Shown here: positions 37,031 through 50,481 of the stretch, piece by piece | How positions within the stretch are numbered: the stretch's first letter is position 1 | Layout: each line of letters opens with the position of its first letter | Source: Malacoraja senta | Taxonomy: Eukaryota | DNA length: 64,000 bases | Reading direction: 5' to 3' | NCBI GenBank assembly: GCA_038087875.1 | Contig: CM075989.1 | Span: 18,788,001 to 18,852,000, forward strand | Program-made: the position numbers and the translations under genes | Notes under the pieces: generated by a model | What the model was told of the DNA's origin: nothing | Databases searched by the model: none | What the model saw: the letters and a program-made list of their open reading frames with translations, nothing else

Positions 37031-38668
37031 AAAGAAAGCTCAGGATGTGCATGTCCGGTCACAGGGAGAAGATGCAAACTCCACACAGAAAGCACCAAGG
37101 TCATAAAGTCAGAACTACAGCACATCTGCCCACATTGTCCATGCCAACCACGTTGGCATGCTAGGCTAGTCCCATTTGCCTCGTAGCCTGCTAAACCCCT
37201 TCCTGTCCAGATGTCTGTGCGAACGTCTTCTAAAGGTCTTAACGGTACCTGCTTCTTTAGATTCCCTTGGCAGCTCATTCCAGATGTGGACTACCCTCCG
37301 AGTGAAATGGATTGCCCCTGCAGTCCCCCAAATCTCTCCCCTCTTACGTAAAGAAAACTGTGAGTGTTCACTTTATTCATGCTCCTCGTGAAGAAAAAAT
37401 GTACCAGCCTATCCAACCTCTCCCTCTAACTCGAGCCCACGAGTCCAGGTAACATTCTGGTGAATTGACGCTGGTCTGGAGAGCTGTGAGGCATCAGTTC
37501 CATCAGGAGCACCATCAAGCCATTTGAATATTGTTGACCTCATCACATTGATTCCTATCACACCGTTCCTTCACAATATTCCTTCACTATTGGTCGGTTA
37601 CAGAGAGAAAAAAACTCTGAATTCCCCTATTCCCATACGGGAATTAATTTGATATATAGATCATTTTATTTTTAGAAAGCCAGATCATTATACACATTGG
37701 TTCACTCATTTGTCACTGTTCTACTTTACAGCTGAAGATATTCACTGCTTGTGTTTTATTTTAACACCTCATCTATTTTCTCATATTTCACAGTACACAT
37801 TAATGGATTTCCCTGCTCTGTTCCTTCCCTGAGCTTTTAATAACTTTCCCACCTACTTTCAGGTTTTGGAACAGCATTGTTATCCTGCAGCATGGACACA
37901 GGCCCTTCACACCACTGGGTCCACACCAACAATTGATCACTAATTCACACTAGTTCTTTGTTATCCCACTCTCTCAGCCACTCCCTGCACACTAGGGGCA
38001 AATTTAGAGTCAATGATGTACAAACCTGCACATGTTTGGGATGTGGGTGGAAATCAGAGAAGCGGGAGGAAACACACGCGGTCACAGCGAGAACGTGCAG
38101 ACTCCACACAAACTGCGCCCGAGTCAGGATCGAACTCCAGCCTCTGGTGGCACTGTGAGTAGTGGCTCTAGCAACTGCGCCACCGTGCCACCCTTTAGCC
38201 GAGGACGTGGTTAAGATGAAGACTTTCCCCATTTGCCCTCCACCTATGAAGTCAGGTGGTGTTGTGGAAGTAGGGAGTCTGCAGAAGTACTTGGACAGGT
38301 TGAGAGAGTGGGCAAAGAAATACAATCTAGCAAAGTGTACAGTCATGCACTTTGCACGAAGGAACAAAGGAGGCATGGAATACTTTCTAAATAACAAGGG
38401 TGGATCTTATGGCATAGTTCCCCTGCTGCAGAAGTAATAATGTCCGTAAGATATAGGAGCAGAATTAGGCCATGCAGCCCATTGAGTCTGCTCTGCCATT
38501 CGGTCAAGGCTGATTTATTTTTTCTCTCTCAACCACAATCTCCTGCTTTTTCTCCTTAACCTTTGTTATTATTTTATCCGTGTTATCGTTTCTCACAAGA
38601 ACCAACCACACAGCCAAAAATCAAACCAATGCTTCTATTTCCTCATGAGACCCAGAAAGTTCAGATGT

Positions 38669-38851
38669 TTAAGAAAGGACTGCAGATGCTGGAAAAATCA
38701 AAGGTAGACAGAAATGCTGGAGAAACTCAGCGGGTGAGGCAGCATCTGAAGAATGATGAAGTCTGAAGAAGGGTCTCGACCCGAAACGTCACCTATTCCT
38801 TCGCTCCATAGATGCTGCATCACCCGCTGAGTTTCTCCAGCATTTTTGTCT
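38669..38851. mobile_element. Palindromic Penelope insertion with intact + strand hammerhead core (38763-38790)
   Basis: 11-bp TSD agttcagatgt (38658-38668 / 38852-38862). Confidence 0.87.
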
Positions 38852-41800
38852 AGTTCAGATGTACTGTGGAAAGTGTTGCACCACGGCTTGGTTTGAGAAC
38901 AGAGCCCAATACCACTAGAAATTGCAGAGTTGTGGATGTTGCCCAGTCCATCACACAAACCAGCCTCCCCGCCCGCCCGCCATCGACTCTACACTATACA
39001 CTGCCTCAGGAATGCAAGCAACATAGTCAAAGACCTTTATCATTCCCTCTTCACCCCTCCCTCGTCAGGCAGACGATGCAAAAGCATGAAAGCGCAAAAC
39101 ACTGGATTTAGGAATAGCTTCCTCCCCGCTCGTTTCAGAGAACAAAGAATCCAATTCAGAATTCATAGTCAACGTTTCGAATCTAAAGAAGGGTCTGGAC
39201 CCGAAACGTCACCCATTCCTTCTCTCCCGAGATGCTGCCTGTCCCGCTGAGTTACTCCAGCATTTTGTGTCTACAGTTTAAACCAGCATCTGCAGTTCAT
39301 TCATAGATACATAGACAATAGGTGCAGGAGTTGGCCATTCGGCCCTTCGAGCCAGCACCGCCACTCAATGTGATCATGGCTGATCATCCACAATCAGTAC
39401 CCAGTTTCTGACTTCTCCCCATATCCCTTGATTCCGCGAGCACTAAGAGTTCTATCTAACTCTCATTTGAATGCATTCAGTGAATCGGCCTCCACTGCCT
39501 TCTGAGGCAGAGAATTCCACAGATTCACAACTCTCTGTGTGAAAAGGTTTTTCCTCATCTCGGTTCTAAATTGCTCACTCCTTATTCTTCATATACAGCA
39601 GTTTAAAGCTGTTATGGTCTTGAAGACTGGTGCTGACAAGAATCTTATGCTGCCCTATCTTGCTTTATATAACGGCCTTATTGTACAAGAGAAGAGAGTT
39701 ACATTCTCTTCAATTTGTTTGAGTGTTTTGTAGTTGAAGAGCGAAGTATAACTTTGCTATTAATCACAGGATCGTGTAACAGCTCGAGTTGTTATTTTTC
39801 TCAACAATAGTTTGCAGGAAGCTACAGACCAATATGCCACACTATAAGAAGGCATCATGGATCATAACAAGGCATTGCTAATCTGTATCTAGAATTATGT
39901 TCGAAAATGTTGTTCCCCTGCAGTTTAATTAATTTGTTTTTAGTATGTTGAGATCCGTGAGTCTACCCATGCTTCAAGAGACCAGTTCATCAGCAATTCA
40001 TCAAGACAACTATGAAATGGGCAATAAATGCTGTCCTTGTCAGCAACTCCTATCTCCCATGAAAGAATAAATAGTGGACGTGTTTATTTTTATCCAAAAA
40101 GGAACCTATTAAAAATCTAGTTATATTAAGTGTAAAATACGCAACATCGTGTGTCACTGAGACATGGTGATTAGGTTGAACACAAGTTCAAAACTGATAC
40201 CGGCTCCTCATTACTATGCATTGACTCTGTGCTGAAGAATACTTGTAAAGATTGGGTGAGGACGACATTCATCTCAGCCAGGAATCAAATAGCTTACTGA
40301 CATTGAATATTTCATATAATTAATATTTAAAGGCGGCTTAAAAATAACTATTTCAGGAATAAGAAACTTATTCCTGTCTCAAATGCTGGAGTGCTTTGTC
40401 ATCGTCAGTTCTGTGCTCTCATCTCCTTCACGCAGTCTTTAATTGGACTATCTTTAATTGGGCTTTACTAGACTATACCTTGCACTAAACGTTAGTCCCT
40501 TTATCATGTATCTGTACACTGAATGGCTCGATTGTAATCATGTATTGTCTTTCTGCTGACTGGTTAGCATGCAACAAAAGCTTTTCACTGTACCTCGGTA
40601 CACGTGACAATAAACTTAACTACACAGTTGAGACAAGGTAAAGATCATCGTGCATCATAGTTATTCCATGATTCCTTTACATAATTGGCTTTATTTCATC
40701 CTGCACTATGCTTTGCTAAAGAAAACCCCATGATATATCACCGATCCATGTTCTCCACAGATGCTGCCTGAACTGCTAAGTTATTCCAGCACTTTGCCCT
40801 TTTTTTGTAAACTAGCATCTGCAGTTCCTTGTGTCTCCGCTTCTTGTTGTTGTTGTCTTTCAGCCTCTCGCTTCTCTTATTTATTCACTCAAATATTTGT
40901 CTCACTTCAAAGGAACTAAGTCGAACTCCTGCGTCCCATAGTTGTCCAAATGCTTAACGCAAGAAACAGCAGATGCTGGAGCAAAAAAACTGTGCTGGAG
41001 AAACTCAGGGAATGGGCAGCTGAAGGAAGGTCCCGGCCTGAAATGTCATCTGTCCATTCCCTCCACATATGCTACCTGACCTGCTGAGTTGCTCCAGCAC
41101 TTTGTGTGTCGTCCTAATGCCTGAATGTTTTGGCAAAATCTCAGTCTTCGGGATTTTAATTGGGGCAGAAGTCATCTGGCTGAAATACTTAAGAAGGAAT
41201 TTGTCAAACCTAATTCTCTGGTCAAGTGCCAACTTTGCAATCTCCATTTGAATTGAGGTTCGTTGATTGGTAAACAAAAACGACTGAAAAGAAATTGAAA
41301 ATTCTAGCCAAGACACAAAATAGCAGATTGGGACATTTGTGACCCATGAAAGCATTTCCCTTAAATATTGACTTCAGTAAGGTGTACTAACTTTGAGGAA
41401 CTATGAGCCCCATGGTGTAAAAAGGCCAGTTTAAGACATGTTGATAAGGGAATGAGATTCTCGGCTAAATGAACACAATAGCTATCTTTTTCCACCACTT
41501 ACATTGATATAACTGCTTCAATATGATGCTTTACCTCAAGGCACTTCAAGTCCAAGCTATAGTAAGGGAGGACAAAGTTATCTTGGAAAGGTTTATGTCG
41601 GAGTTTACGTTTGCATGTGGAAGAAGGCAGTATTCATGGCCATTAATTGCATTGTGCAGCAAAGGCTACAGGGAATTGGCAATTGACCAGACTTGTAAGA
41701 CCGGGAGTGGAAACAAGGATTGAAAAGGTTTGTGAATGAAAGTGAGGACAATGAAGTTGATTAGCATGGATACAGTACACTCAGAAGTGCAATGCAGCAT

Positions 41801-44800
41801 TGATATACCAGCATGGCATCAAGCCGAGAGAGGCTGAATTTAGAGGAGACATCATTCCAATGATGATCATGTTCCCCGGAATTAAGAGTTGGATAAAGTG
41901 AACGCTTGCAGTCTTTTTCCCAGCGTCGTGGATTCTAAAACTAGAGGAGCATAGGCTTAAAGTAAGAGGGGAGATAATTTAAGAAGGATCTTGGGGGCTA
42001 CGTTTTCACTCAGCGGTTAGTCTGTATCTGGAATGAGCTGCCAGAGGAAGCTATAGCAGTGGATTCAATTACGATTTATAAAGGACATTTGGACAGATGT
42101 ATGCATAGGAAGGGATTGGATGGATATGGGCCAAATGCAGGCAAATGGGACTAGCTTGGTGCCAACTTGGTTGGCCGCAGGGCATGTTTCGTGCTGTATA
42201 GCTCTATGACTCTAGGTAATAAGCGATTTATTTTCAATTTTCAAGATATTAGGGGATCTGGAATGGTAGATAACAACCAGTTCCCATTGGTTGGGCAATC
42301 TGGATCCAAAGGTCATAGACTAATGTCTGGAGCCAGATCGCTAACGAATGAAGGTACAAAACCCTTTCTACAACCAATAGTGTTAGAAATTTAGAGCCCA
42401 CTACTGCAAATGATGATCGATGCTGAATCAATTGCTAATTTTAAATGTGTGATTGGTAGAATTGTTATTAGTCAAAGCAATGAAGGAATATGGGGGGTGG
42501 CAGGCTCAAGGGGTGAAATTGTCAACTTTGTTCTTGGATTCCTTTGTACTGAGTGAATCAGTGAAGTTCAACAGGAGAATGGGGATTAGGTACTCAGGAT
42601 CTTGTGCTGGACAGAGTTTTAGAATTGATCAACAATTGGATTTTGTAGAGGGGTTAGAGGATCATTTATTATGGAGGAGACAAAGCCTGGGTATAAGGTT
42701 AACACCAGTGGGATAAATGGGATCAGCTATGTACCATGTATGGGATGGACACAGATAGTCTCAGTGATGCATTGGATGCGGGTGTGAAGATCAGGCAGGA
42801 GTTAAACATGTTACCTAGCTTAGAGGTTGGTGTCTTAACAAGCCAGGCACATGGATAGGACGGGTTTAGAGGGATATGGGGCAAACACAGACAAGTGGGA
42901 CTAGTGTAGATGGGACATGTTGGCTGGTGTGGGCAAGTTGGGCCAATGGGGCTGTTTCCATGCTGTAAGGCTCTATGACTCTACAAGTTAGTGAGACCAT
43001 TTTCCCAAAAATCACATTTCCAGGCAGATCATTAATAGAGGCGTACAGCGCAGGAACAGGCCCTTCGCCCCAACTCGTCCACGCCGGCCCATCTGAGCTA
43101 GTCCCATTTACCCATGTTGGCCCATATCCTTTTAAACTTTTCCTACCCATGAACCTGTCCAAACGTCTTTCAAATGTTGTTATAGTACCTCCATCAACCA
43201 TTTCCTCTGCAATTTGTTCCAGATACCCACCACCCTTTGTGTGGAAAAGGGGTTCCTATTAAGTCCTTACATTAAAACTATGGCCTCTAGTTCTTGATTC
43301 TCCTGCCAGGGGGGGAGAAGACACTTCACACATTGACCTTACCTATTCCCTTCATGATTTTACACACTTTTACGAGATCACCATTCAACCCCTCATCATT
43401 TAATTTCAAATTATTAGGGTAGGAAAGAGAGGGCATTCTCTTAATTTTCATTAGCCATTCTCCCACAATCAGTAACAAGGTTATTTATGAAATAACTGTA
43501 CTTAAAGCGCTAGACAGATTTAGCTCTTAAAAACATTCCTCTCCCTGCCCTGCGACATCACTTCACAAACATGTATCTTTTCATGACAGAAGCAAAGTAA
43601 TTGATGTTAATGTTCAGGCTAATGATTGTATTAATTTGGTTATGGATGGTGTTACTGCCCTTAAACAAATATCACAGTCTAGACTTGGAATAATGGGGGG
43701 AAAAATCATCTTAACACAAGCATTGAGTGTCACTTTGTTGAGATTACTTCACATGAGATCACCCCAAAGACAAAATAGTTAATCCATCACATAAATTGCA
43801 TTTATAAGGTCAATTTAACACCAAAATATAAGCTATAAAGTGAAAAATATTTATCCATTCAATGTTTTCATTCAAAACATTGAATATTAATATAGCTATG
43901 AATATATACACTTAATTTATTGCCATGGTTTTTGCTTACTGAGTCTAAAAACATGAGCTGATTTAGATTTTTTAAAATCCTTTTGCACTAAATTTAAGGC
44001 AGAGGCTGAGATAAATAATTCTTGACCAGTACGGGTGTCAGGGGTTTACGGGGAGAAGGGGGTTAGGAGGGAGAGATAGATCAGCCATGATTGAATGGCG
44101 TAGACTTGATGGGTCGAATGGCCTTATTCTGCTCCTATAACTTATGAACTTATGAAATGTTATTTTTTTGGATGAACGCTCTCATCATGAACCACCAAAA
44201 TGTCACCATCTTTCTTAAAAACAATTCCAAAATATCTAATGAGCATCAAAGGTGCTCGGAAATGTAAGAGGCATTGATTATTTTAATGAGAAGGGTGATA
44301 TTGAAGATGGAAGCGTTAAGATGCAGTTGCCCAGATTTGTCTACAACATGCCAATCGCCAAGATGGCTTCACTATCTTTGCCGGTAGCAAAGTCCCTCAA
44401 GAACCGGAGGACGTAGGTTTAAGGTGAGGGGGGGGGGGGGGGGGAAGAAGAGAGATTTAATAGGAACCCGAGAGGGTGGTGGGTGTATGGAACGAGCCGC
44501 CAGGGGAGGTAGTTGGGGCAGGGACTATCGTAACATTCAAGAAACATTTAGGCAGGTACATGGATAGGACAGGTGTAGAGGGATATGGGCCAAACGCTGT
44601 CAGATGGGACTATTGTAGATGGGACTTACTGGTCAGTGTGGAACAAGTTGGGCTGAAGGGCCTGTTTCCATGCTGTATGACTCTCTAACTGTTTGATAAT
44701 TAGTCAACATACCAGTTAAACAGCTTGGAGACAACTGTTGGTGTACGAGCTCCAAACTGTTGTTGAAAGATCCAACTGATGAAGATCTTCTCAATTTCTA

Positions 44801-46762
44801 ATGAGAGGCCTTTGAGCGGGGAGCTAAATTCAAGATAAATATAACCATTTTGTTCTACAGTCCTCGAGTGATGTTTTTATCAGCTAGATATTGGGTAGCC
44901 AACTGAAGACTTTTAATCATCTTTGAGAATGGTTAGCAAATTGTTCAGATATGCATAATGTGGAGATTGGATGAGTTTAATCTAGAGGGGAGATTGCATC
45001 CTAGGTCACAGTTTAAAATTAAATGTGGTTAAAATACTTGTTTAGTTTTATGTTTTGTTTAGTTTTAGGAATACAAAGTGGATACAGGCCTGTCGGCCCA
45101 CGGAGTCCACTCCGACCATTGGTCACCCGTACACTGGTTCAGTTTTCCCACTTTCTGATCCACGCTAGAGGCAATTTACACAAGCCAGCTAACCAGGGAG
45201 TGTGGGAGGAAGCTGGAGCACCCAGAGGAAACATGTTCCCGATGTTGGGGGAGTCCAGAACCAGGGGCCACACAGTTTAAGAATAAGGGGTAAGCCATTT
45301 AGAACGAAGATGAGGAAAAACTTTTTCATCCAGAGAGTTGTGAGTCTGTGGAATTCTCTGCCTCAGAGGGCGGTGGAGGCCGGTTCTCTAGATACTTTCA
45401 TGAGAAAGCTAGACAGAGCTCTTAAAGATAGCGGAGTCAGGGGATATGGAGAGAAGGCAGGAACGGGGTACTGATTGTGGATGATCAGCCATGGTCACAT
45501 TGAATGACGGTGCTGGCTCGAGGGGCCAAATGGCCAACCTCTGCACCTATTGTCTATTGTCTATTGTCTTTTGTCAGTCGCATGGAGAATGTAGAAACTC
45601 CGCAAAAACTCCAGCACCCATAGTCCGGATCGAACTTGAGTCTGTGGCACTACATCTGTGCCACTGCGCCATCCTAAATTACTAATTGTACATTAGCAAC
45701 AAAGAAGAGTAACTCACACTACTTATTTGACTGTTGACCTCGCTACTAGAACCATTGATTATGCTGCTAATCCCATTAAGTCTGCTGTTTCCAACATGTT
45801 TTTTCTCTCTTATCTGTTTGGCATCTCAAGGCTGAGATTCGCAGTGAGGCAGCATTAACTTAAAAAAAAATGTCCATAGAGTTTTACAATGTAGGAATTT
45901 TTAGTGCAGCTATCTTTGAGTTTCCTTGAATACAGCCACCCTAGAGCACACTTCAATGGGCTCGGTGTCAACCTTTGTTTCCAAGGTTCAAGCTGGAATG
46001 CCTCTAAGGGTTTAGTTGTAAAACTATTACATCCATGAGAAGAATGGAAGGAAATTGCTGCAGTTATTCCATTTTATTTGAAATTAAAAAGAGGATTTCC
46101 AGTTCTCTCGCACAAAGAATAATTTCCACTTAAACAAAAAAATAGGAAAATGCAAGATGAGTCACAGACCACAGAGGTTCCTGAAACAAGGAAGGGTAAC
46201 TTGGAAGCAAAGCAAGGAAGCACCTGCGTTGCAGTAAGTGTTAAGGCCACTGATGTTCTAGACACCTCTCCCATGACACGCAAGTCATTCAAATGCTACA
46301 AGTAACAGCGACTTACATCTCACAAAGGCTGAAGTCGTATCTACGCGGAGAGGTTGGACAGACTTGGATTGCTTTCTCCAGAATGCCGGAGGTTAAGGGG
46401 AAACCTAATGGAAGTAAGTAAATTTATGCGAGGCTTTGATAGAGTAGACGGTCAGAACCTTTTTCCGCAGGGTGGAAATGTCAAAGACTAGAGGGCATAG
46501 CTTTGAGGTGAGAGGGACACAGTTTAAAGGACATGTACGGGGCAAGTTTTTCACACGAGGGTGGTGGGGGCCTGGAACACGCTGTCAGGGGTGGTGGTGG
46601 AGGCAGAAACAAAAGTAATATTTAAGAGGGTTTTAGAAAGGAACATGGATATTCGGGGAATGAAGGGATATGGGTCACGTGCTGGTAGAGGAGATTAGTT
46701 TAACTTGCCGTTGTGTCTGGCACGGACATTTTGGGCTGAAGAGCCTGTTCCTGTGCTGTACT

Positions 46763-47310
46763 ATGTGCGGGAAGGAACTGCAGATGATAAACTGAAGATA
46801 GATCCAAAAAGCTGGAGTAACTCGCCGGGTCAGACAGCATCTCTGGAGAAAAGGAGTAGGTGGCGTTTTGGATCAATACCCTTCTTCAGTCTGAGGAAGG
46901 GTCTCGACCCGAAATGTCACCTATTCCTTTTCTCCAGAGATGCTGACTGACCCGCTGAGATACTCCCACGTTTTATGTCTGTACTGTTCCATGGCTGTTT
47001 GGGTCCTTGGATGATGGTGGGAAAGGAAGAGATGAAAGGGCAAGTGTTGTATCACCTGTGAGAAAGTGCTGTAAGAAGGCTTGTGATTGGGAGGGAGGAT
47101 GAATGGGGCCAGCGAGTCGCTGAGGGAATGTTCAAAGCGGACGAGAGAAGAGGGGAGGACCTGCGTGGTATTGGAATCTCACTCAGTGGCAGAAATTGGG
47201 GGGCAATAATCTGGTGAATGAAGGAAAACTGGTGGAGTGGAAGGTGAGGACGCCATCTTTGTTTTGTCTGGAGGAGAGGAGGTGAGAGCAGAGGCTCTGG
47301 AGATGGACTT
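46763..47310. mobile_element. Palindromic Penelope repeat (46763-46980) next to a decayed minus-strand PLE coding fragment (~46995-47310)
   Basis: CUGAGGA..GAAAU-GUC core at 46891-46918; the reverse complement of ~47000-47060 aligns with 5150-5200. Confidence 0.7.
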
Positions 47311-50199
47311 CCTGTGTTTTATTTCTGATTTCCAGCATCTGTGGAGGTAATAGAGAACAAGGTTCCTGACACGAATTCCAGCATCTGCAGTAATTTTAGA
47401 TTCTCTATTTGACGCCAAGTATTTTTGAAATGATCAATTGATGTCCTGTAACTTCTCTGCTGGAAATAATATTCGAAAGATACAATATCCTACTTTGGAG
47501 ATGCAAGGAACTGCAGGTGCTGGAAACTTGGGCAAAACACAAAGCTCTGGAATAACTCGGCGGGTCAGGCAGCATCTGTGGAGGGAATGGACAGTTGGCG
47601 GTTCGTGTCAGGATCATTTACTACCACCTCCGCAGATGCTGCCTGACCCACTGAGTTCCTCAACACCTTGATTCTTGCTTAATATCCCACTTCGCTGAGT
47701 TCTAGGAGCTGAATTAGGCCATTCAGCCCATTCCGCCATTCAGTCTATTCCGCCATTAAATCATGGCTGATCTATCCTGCCCTCTCAACCCCATTCTCCT
47801 GCCCTCTCCCCGTAACCCCTGACACCAGTACTAATCAAGGTTTTCAAGTAATTCAGTTTGATTCAATAACTCAAGCCTTCTTCCCTGCCCATTCCCCATC
47901 AATGGTCAATATGTACTTTATTGTCACATGTACCCAGATACAGTGAAATTCTTTGTTTCGCATTCCCACTAATCAATAATTTGTCAATCTCCGTCTTAAA
48001 AAATATCCATTGACTTGGCCTCCACTGACTTGGCCTCTGCATCATCTTCCCATCACCTGATGTCAATGTTACTCTGCGGTGAGATACAGTTCCACTGCCT
48101 CCCCTGTCCACAGACAATGAGGAAGTATAGTGCACTCAGTACTCCAACACCTCTGAGGCTGGAAAGCGCTGCTGGAAGGTGCTGGGACTTTATATTGAAA
48201 AGCTCACTGCAGTACCACCATATTACTATCTGTAACAGGCAGAAATGAAAACCATTCCACAAAATTCACTCATTTACTGCAGTCCCGACGTGTGATGTAG
48301 GGAGTTTGTACATTCTCCCCGTGACCGCGTGGGTTTTCTGCGAGATCTTCGGTTTCCTCCCACACTCCAAAGACGTGCAGGTTTGTAGGTAAATTGGCTC
48401 GGTAAATGTAAAAATTGTCCCTAGTGTGTGTAGGATAGTGTTAATACGCGGGGATTGCTGGTCGGCGTGGAGCCAGTGGGTTGAAGGGCCAGTTTCAGCG
48501 CTGTATCTTTAAACTAAACAAAACTAAATGAATATAATCAAGCCAAACACAAGTGTAATAGGTAGTGCCCAAAGAGAAAAGTAACCACGGGCATGAATAT
48601 AGGTTTGCAGCATTGTTGCATTACATTTAGTGTCATAGTGTCATACAGTGTGGAAACAGGCCCTTCGGCCCAACTTGCCCCAACATGCCCCATCTACACC
48701 AGTCCCACCTGCCTGCATTTGGCCCATATCCCTCTAAAACTATCCTCTCCAGGTACCTGATTTTTTTAAATACAGAGGAAAAGATCTATCGCCTGCAATG
48801 AGGTAGGTTGGAAGATTGGGTCAATACTCTAGCTTATGGGAGGACCATTCGGTACTCTGATAACAGCGGGGAAGAAGCTGTTCCTGAATCTGGTGCAACA
48901 CTATCAAGTAGATTGAGTATAATCATTGCTGGGCCATGATCAGCGTACATAAGTTATCAAAAAGGTTTTTAATTAAAAGGAACAGTGTGTATATATAGCA
49001 GTGAACACTTATTAATGGATACCACGTTCAAAAACAGCTTCAATTATGTGTAATGGATGTGGAATTTCTGAAAACAAGTTTAGCAGGCATGCAGAAAAAT
49101 CTCAAGGGATTAGCCAAATTTGGACATGGCCATTGTTCAAAGGCTCAGCAACGGTAACTGTGCCAACAGCAATGCTGATTTTTGCATTCTCACGAATATA
49201 TCTTCTTTTCACTGATGAATAGCTCACGTTCACTGGGGTTCAGGTGATCTCACTGAGACACACAAGGTTCTAGGATGGATCGATGGGGTAGACTCTGAGA
49301 CACTCTGTCCTCTGGCCTAGAGTCTGGTGTCAATTATCGGGGACATGGTCTGAGCATTTTATCGGGATGCAACACAGCATGTTTGCACTGGTGGGAGAGT
49401 CTACAACTAGAGGTCAGAGCCTCAGAATTAAAGGACCTTCTTGTAGGAAGGAGATGAAGAGACATTTCTTTAGTCAGAGGGTGGTGAATCTGTTGAATTA
49501 TTTGCCGCAGAAGCCTGTGGAGGCCAAGTCAGTGGTTATTTTTAAGGCAAGATAGATAGTACGGGGGTTGGAGGTTATGGGGAGAAGGCAGGAGAATGGG
49601 GTTAGGAGGGAGAGATAGATCAGCCGTGATTTAATGGCAGAGTAGACTTGATGGGCGAATGGCCTAATTCTACTCCTATCCCTTATGACCTATTGAACAG
49701 CAGACAGAAGGCAACTGGATATATTTATGAAGGAAAAGAAAAGCTGGGGTCGGGGATCAAGTAATCTCTTCAAAACAGCTAGTGAAAATATACTAGTTCA
49801 AATAGACTACATATTTTGAGATATTGTGGACTTATTTTGGTTGATAACTAAAATGTGAATTTCCCAGTTTTAATCTCTTGTCTCTGATCGGTCCCAGCAT
49901 TGACGGTAAAAGACTGATGATAGAACATTGAGCACAAAATAAATGTTGAAGTATGACATTGCCCTGCAGCTCCATATAAAAGAGACACATTTAGTGTATT
50001 GAGACACTAATGTGGGAAAAAAGCCACAAGCCAGGGTGTTGTCCAATTCACCTCTACCCCATTGCGAACATCGGACTTTGTCTATGGAACTGGTGCTCTA
50101 CAATGTTGAGAACCATATTCTGCACTCTGTACCTTCCCCTTTGCTCTACCTATGTACTTGTATTTAGGAGTAGTATTATCTGATCTGATTGAATAGCAT

Positions 50200-50481
50200 A
50201 AAAGGTAGACAAAAATGCTGGAGAAACTCAGCGGGTGAGGCAGCATCTATGGAGCGAAGGAATAGGTGACGTTTCGGGTCGAGACCCTTCTTCAGACTGA
50301 TGTAGGGGTGGGGGGGGGCGGGAATAAGAAAGGAAGAGGCGGAGACAGTGGGCTGTGGGATAGTTGGGAAGGGGAGGGGAAGGAGGGAGAAAGCAAGGAC
50401 TACCTGAAATTGGAGAAGTCAATGTTCATACCGCTGGGGTGTAAACTACCCAAGCGAAATATGAGGTGCTGCTCCTCCAAT
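50200..50481 (-). mobile_element. 5'-truncated Penelope element with intact hammerhead core (50268-50295)
   Basis: GIY-YIG C-terminal codons plus terminal repeat; 11-bp TSD ttgaatagcat (50189-50199 / 50482-50492). Confidence 0.88.
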